From the NCBI GenBank assembly GCA_027923505.1, contig BROI01000034.1, forward strand, positions 1-64,000: a stretch of 64,000 nt of DNA, read 5' to 3'. The notes below the pieces were generated by a model. The model had not been told where the DNA came from. It saw nothing but the letters and a program-made list of their open reading frames with translations, and did not search any database. This document shows positions 58,834 through 64,000 of the stretch, one piece after another. Positions within the stretch are counted from its first letter, which is position 1. Each line of letters starts with the position of its first letter. Origin of the DNA: Mayamaea pseudoterrestris (taxonomy: Eukaryota). The translations under genes and the position numbers were made by a program.

Positions 58834-61740
58834 TGACACGATAATATCAGACGAACCTTTATTCCAGCGACTACAATGGACTAGGAGCGATCAACCTCTT
58901 CGTCCAGCGTAAAGCAAACAAACAAACTCAATTGCTAGAATAGTGCGTGTTACTCGCTACTCTACTCGTGCGCTTCTTTCTCATTCTCACTGGGTTCACG
59001 GTCGAGGTTCACGCCTCGATCGTCAGCGATTTCACTCATGTATGTGAGTATTCGGTCACAATTGTGACTCAACCCTGCACAGGATTAAATGCATACAAAA
59101 CACAGGTAGCTAACCGTCTTGTCATGAGACGCAGGTCAACTCAACTCAATAATATTGTGTCATCCCCCTTGATCTAGGCTTGTGACAACGATCGGTTTGC
59201 CGTATCACCCTTCCAGAAAAGAATCGGAATGATCAGGGGTCGGAACGTGGCATGTGGCAAGAACTTGGTAAGAACGTCGGCGACGTTCTGCTTGCCCAAG
59301 ATGTGCTCAAAGTACAGAACATTGCTTGCAATGGCCTCACGAACTCGGTGGTAGGCGAGCGCATTGTGTCGCTTAGAAAGTGTGGAGTGCGGGATCGTTG
59401 ACGACTTCTTGACACTTTCGTTGTCGCCGAACATCCAGGCTGGTCCACTCAAAGGAACTCCCAACATGCGTAGGGAGTATCGGAAATCCACTAGTCTGTT
59501 CGCCGGGTCTTGGCTGAACTCGGATCCGTACGTTGCAGTCTCAACAGTATTCTGACGCTTGCAGAACCATTCGACAGGCGTCTGGTTCAGGAAATGCAGG
59601 ACTCCCATTGCGGAACGTCCAGTAGTGTAATCATGGTACAGGTTCGCGTCCATAAAGGTAGTTAGTTGCACAGGCTTGCCCTTCGGGATCGGCATGTTCC
59701 ACGGAAGCTCTTCGCTTGAGTTGCCGTAGACCGATTGCAACCAATCATACTTGGTAGGTTCCCCGTGATCGACGATCTTCGTCCGGAAACGAATCGCCGC
59801 ATCAGGGTACTCAGCTAGGTAACCGCAGACTCGCTTGGCTCGGTCCAGGTGTCCGCGGCGCGGGGCGCAGCGGAATCGTCCAAGTGTCATAACGGCACAA
59901 TGAATGTCAAGTCGACATAGGGTCACTGCCCACTGGAGGGCACCGATAAGAGACTGGTACTGTTGAATGCCACGGGCATCCAGCTCTTCGGTAAGGTCAA
60001 GTTCGGGGTGGTCCCCGTCGTCAAGCGGTGACTTGCGCTTGCGTGGTTTCTCGCCAAACATGGTTTCGTAGTTCTTGAGCATGCGACCGACGTAGGTCTT
60101 TGCGCTCATGCAGAGGGTTCCATCGGGATCACGATAGAAGTCGGCTCCAAGGTGGTACTTGATGTCGCCGACGCCCTTTAGCTTGTACTTGTACTTCTCC
60201 TTGAGGAGGTCTGTGAAGGCTTGTGGATCCTTCATGGCCATAGCCAGATCGTCGACGAACACGCCGACGTACTCGTAGTGAGTGCCACAGTCTTTCATCC
60301 AGACGTCAGGATCCGCGTAGCTTGGATAGAATCCAATGTCGCGGAGTGTGTCGGCAAAGTGCTCATGCCAACGCGCGCCAGAAGTGCGCAATCCGTATAG
60401 TGCCTTGTAGATGACCAAGGTATGGCCTTCCAATGGTCCAAACTCGGGACCGGCAACAATGTAGACCTTTTCCTTGGTCTTGGCCTCGAGGTAGGCGTTA
60501 CCGACATCGGCAGCCCAAAACTTGAGGTCGTTCAGTTCAGCTAACAGTGCTATGGTTCGAATGCTTCGCATAGAGACAACGCCGGAGTAGGCGGAGTCTT
60601 TGGGCGGAGCTGTCAAATGTCCCCCAGCGACGAGTCGGGCCTTACGTCGTAGATCGTTCTTGCAGTCGACAACAAGATGCGCGTTGATGCGCTTCCAATC
60701 ACTTTCCATGAAGGCACCGATGCCCTTGTCGATGAAAGTGTCGTACTCGTGTAGCTGCTCCATCTCAGTCTTGACGGCGTCAGCCCACAGGGTGTTTCCA
60801 TTAGCAGCGTCGAGGCGGTTCGCTTCCTTCCAGGTATTAGGAACTTGAACGCCAAATTTGAAACGCGCTTCTTGGACACGGTTCTTCTTTGCAGCCTTGC
60901 ACATGCGGTTAAACAGTTTAGTGCGTCCTGCCATGCGCCTCAAGCGCTTCCATCCATCCTTGTCCAACATACCCTTGCGCTTGCCGTATTCGGCAACGGT
61001 AACAGGGTCGGACTTGATAATCAATGCGAGTGGCTCCCAGGTCTTCTCGCCATTTGCCCATTGGATGAGCAAGTTGTAGGATGAGCCGCGATACGTAGCG
61101 TCGGCTTGTGTCAGTGAACCCTCATGTCCGTCAATGAAATCAAACTTGTAGTACTGATCATCGTCGTCATCGTCCCCCAGTCGTAAAGAATCTTGCCGCT
61201 CGCACAGGTCGGCTAGTTCGTTGTAGGTAATAAGCTCGTCGACGTCGCCGTCGCCGAGACTCAATCGGAACTTGATAATCTTGTGGTTGGCTTCGTCGCG
61301 ATCGTTCAGTTGCTCGATAACCTTGTAACGTCGCGTGGAGCCATCTTCCTCGTCAAGAAGGACAGTGCGTCCCATCAGTTCAGCCGGAGTAAAGGACGGC
61401 ATGGGTCCATCAGGATCCAAACCGGCTAACTCAGCAGCGCTTTCCAACGTGAATGCGTCTTCATCCACGGTTCCCCCAGAATCAGGCGCTGGGGTCGGTG
61501 TAAGGTCGTGTTCAAACACCAGACCAACTAGGTCATAATCAACGTCAAACTCGTCGACAGTTTCGACTTGGACTCGTTCACGCACGGGGCGCGCGTCGAA
61601 TACAGGTTCCGCGAAAAGTGATGCTCGGACTCGGGTTCAGAGCGTGCCGCCAGCCATAGGTTACGCTTCTTCGGAGAAGGGACGAACGTTGGATCGGACG
61701 ACAACCATTCCAGTCCGATCGGATCGAACTGTGGCTGCGA
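58834..61740 (-). mobile_element. 5'-truncated Ty1/Copia (CoDi-like) LTR retrotransposon; 3' LTR 58834-59162, PPT 59163-59170
   Basis: Same 329-bp LTR (one G>T difference noticed), PPT, and pol with RT and RNase H. No gag, protease, integrase core or 5' LTR; the element abuts a satellite at ~61730-61750. Confidence 0.95.
59174..61585 (-). pseudogene. pol: Copia pol fragment: chromodomain-like segment, reverse transcriptase, RNase H
   Basis: RKARLVAGG, ADVGNAYL, KALYGLRTSG, FVDD catalytic motif, YQSLIGAL, FMDAN, TATYGSE, GDN, NVADVLTK. Truncated upstream. Confidence 0.93.
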
Positions 61741-61749
61741 GGGAGCATC

Positions 61750-64000
61750 CGCATTGCCTGCTGAGCCCTCCCATATATTGGAAATAGGCATGTTGTCATG
61801 ATGGGCCATATGTTGGTCAGTTGCATCTCAGTAACCATCACAATGTATGCCATGGTGAGACTCCGCCAACCCTACAACTTGTTGGATCTGCTAGTGGTGC
61901 ACCTCAAGTGGCAAGCAAGACTTCTAAAATGGCCTGCAAACCCCATAATACAACAAACATGGACTTGAGCAGTGAATGGGACTCATAGACTTCTCCATTG
62001 AGGTGTAGAAGCTATTACTATGCCCTGAGACTCCGCACATTTAACAACTGGTTGAATGTGCCAGCCCTGCTCCCTTTTTGGTTGCAGGGATCACCAGCAT
62101 TGCCTGCTGAGCCCTCCAATATCTTTCATTTTATGTTTGTTGTCATGATGGGCCAATAAGTTGGTCAGTTGCACCTCAGTATCCATCACCATGGTACGCC
62201 ACTGTTACACTGAGCCTACCAACAACTTGTTGGATCTGCCAGAGCTGCCAGCAGTGCTCCTCAAGTGGCAAGTGAGACTTCCAAAATGGCCTCCAGACCC
62301 CAAAACACATCAAACATGGACTGTAACAGTGAATGGGACTCATAGACTTGTCCAGTTGGGGTGGAAGCCATCACTATGCCCTGACACTCGGCACATTCAA
62401 CAACTGGTAGAATGTGCCAGCCCGGCTCCCTTTTTGGCTGCAGGGATCATCAGCAGTGCCTGCTGATCCCTCCAATTTATTTCAAATTGGTTTGTTGTCA
62501 TGATGGGCCATAAGTTGGTCAGTTGCACCTCAGTATCCATAACCGTGTATGCCATGGTGAGACTCAGCTGATCCTACAACTTGTTGGATCTGCCAGCAGT
62601 GCACCTCAAGTGGCAAGTGAGACTTTTATAATGGCCTGCAAACCCCATAATACAATGCACATGGACTGTTACAGTGAATGGGACTCAAAGACTTGTCCAT
62701 TGGGGTGTGGAAGCCATCACTATGCCCTGAGACTCCGCACATTCAACAACTGGTTGAATGTGCCAGTCCTGCTCCCTTTGTGGCTACAGGGATCTTCAGC
62801 ATTCCCTGCTTAACCCTCCAATATGTTTCAAATAGGTTTGTTGTCATTATGGGCCATAAGTTGATCAATTGCACCTCAGTATCCATCGCCATGTATGCAA
62901 TGATGATTCTGAGCAGATAACAACTTGTTGGATCTGCCAGCAGTGTACCTCAAGTGGCAAGTGAGACTTCCAAAATGGCCTCCAGACCCCATAATACAAC
63001 GTACATGGACTGTAACAGTGAATGGGACTCAAAGACATGACCAATTGGGTGTGAAAGCCATCACTATGCCCTGAGACTCTGCACATTCAACAACTGGTTA
63101 AATGTGCCAGCCCTGCTCCTTTTGTGGCTGCAAGGATCATCAGCATTGCTCGCTGAGCCCTCCAATATAATTCAAATAGGTTTGTTGTCATGATGGGCCA
63201 TAAGTTGGTCAATTGCACCTCAGTATCCATAACCGTGTATGCCATGGTGAGACTCAGCCGATCCTACAACTTGTTGGATCTGCCAGCAGTGCACCTCAAG
63301 TGGCAAGTGAGACTTTTATAATGGCCTGCAAACCCCATAATACAATGCACATGGACTGTTACAGTGAATGGGACTCAAAGACTTGTCCATTGGGGTGTGG
63401 AAGCCATCACTATGCCCTGAGACTCCGCACATTCAACAACTGGTTGAATGTGCCAGCCATGCTCCCTTTTGGCTGCAGGGATCATCAGCATTGCCTGCTG
63501 AGCCCTCCCAATCCTTTTCATATCATGTTTGTTGTCATGGTGGGCCATAAGTTGGTCAGTTGCACCTCCGTATCCTTCACCATGTATGGTGAGACTGAGC
63601 AAATCCAACAACTTGTTGGATCTGCCAGTGGTGCACTTCAAATGGCAAGTGAGACTTCCAAAATGGCCTGGAGACCCCATAATACAACTCACTTGGACTG
63701 TAACAGTGAATGGGACTCAAAGACATGACCAATTGGGTGCGAAAGCCATCACTATACCCTGAGACTCAACACATTCAACAACTGGTTGAATGTGCCAGCC
63801 CTGCTCCTTTTGTGGCTGCAGGGATCATCAGCATTGCTCGCTGAGCCCTCCAATATAATGCAAATAGGTTTGTTGTCATGATGGGCCATAAGTTGGTCAA
63901 TTGCACCTCAGTATCCATAACCGTGTATGCCATGGTGAGACTCAGCTGATCCTACAACTTGTTGGATCTGCCAGCAGTGCACCTCAAGTGGCAAGTGAGA
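61750..64000. repeat. ~345-bp tandem satellite with ~690-bp higher-order dimer, running off the right edge
   Basis: GCATTGCCTGCTGAGCCCTCC-like at 61751, 62098, 62453, 62799, 63143, 63488 and 63831. Near-identical segments start at 62523, 63213 and 63901. Confidence 0.93.

Noticed and set aside
1..64000. Telomere or rDNA
   Set aside because: No TTAGGG-type arrays or rRNA-like sequence seen.

Overview
Eukaryotic genomic DNA, most likely from a diatom (DUF6824 protein, bipartite plastid-targeting presequences, RXL motifs, short introns, CoDi-like Copia element). The window has three parts. (1) 1-~15.7 kb: about 86 copies of a 168-bp satellite, then older degenerate repeats. (2) ~16.3-49.3 kb: a dense island of about 20 genes, including a GST-N/glutaredoxin-like protein, P-loop protein, two paralogous secreted beta-barrel-like proteins, fatty-acid elongase, YceD/DUF177, TM-PDZ protein, G3BP-like, Med10-like, NUMOD3-repeat protein, LarE-like, DUF6824, choline/ethanolamine kinase and a Cys-rich surface protein. 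(3) ~49.9-64 kb: a CpG-depleted mosaic of several satellite families with roughly nucleosome-length periods, invaded by one young Ty1/Copia family. That family occurs as a non-coding miniature (TRIM-like) copy with three LTRs and a 5-bp TSD, and as a 5'-truncated pol-bearing copy with a chromodomain-like segment. The most unusual signals are a primer-binding site that matches a tRNA-Asn anticodon arm rather than a tRNA 3' end, and a LarE-like gene in a eukaryote. All calls come from reading motifs by eye; no searches were run.
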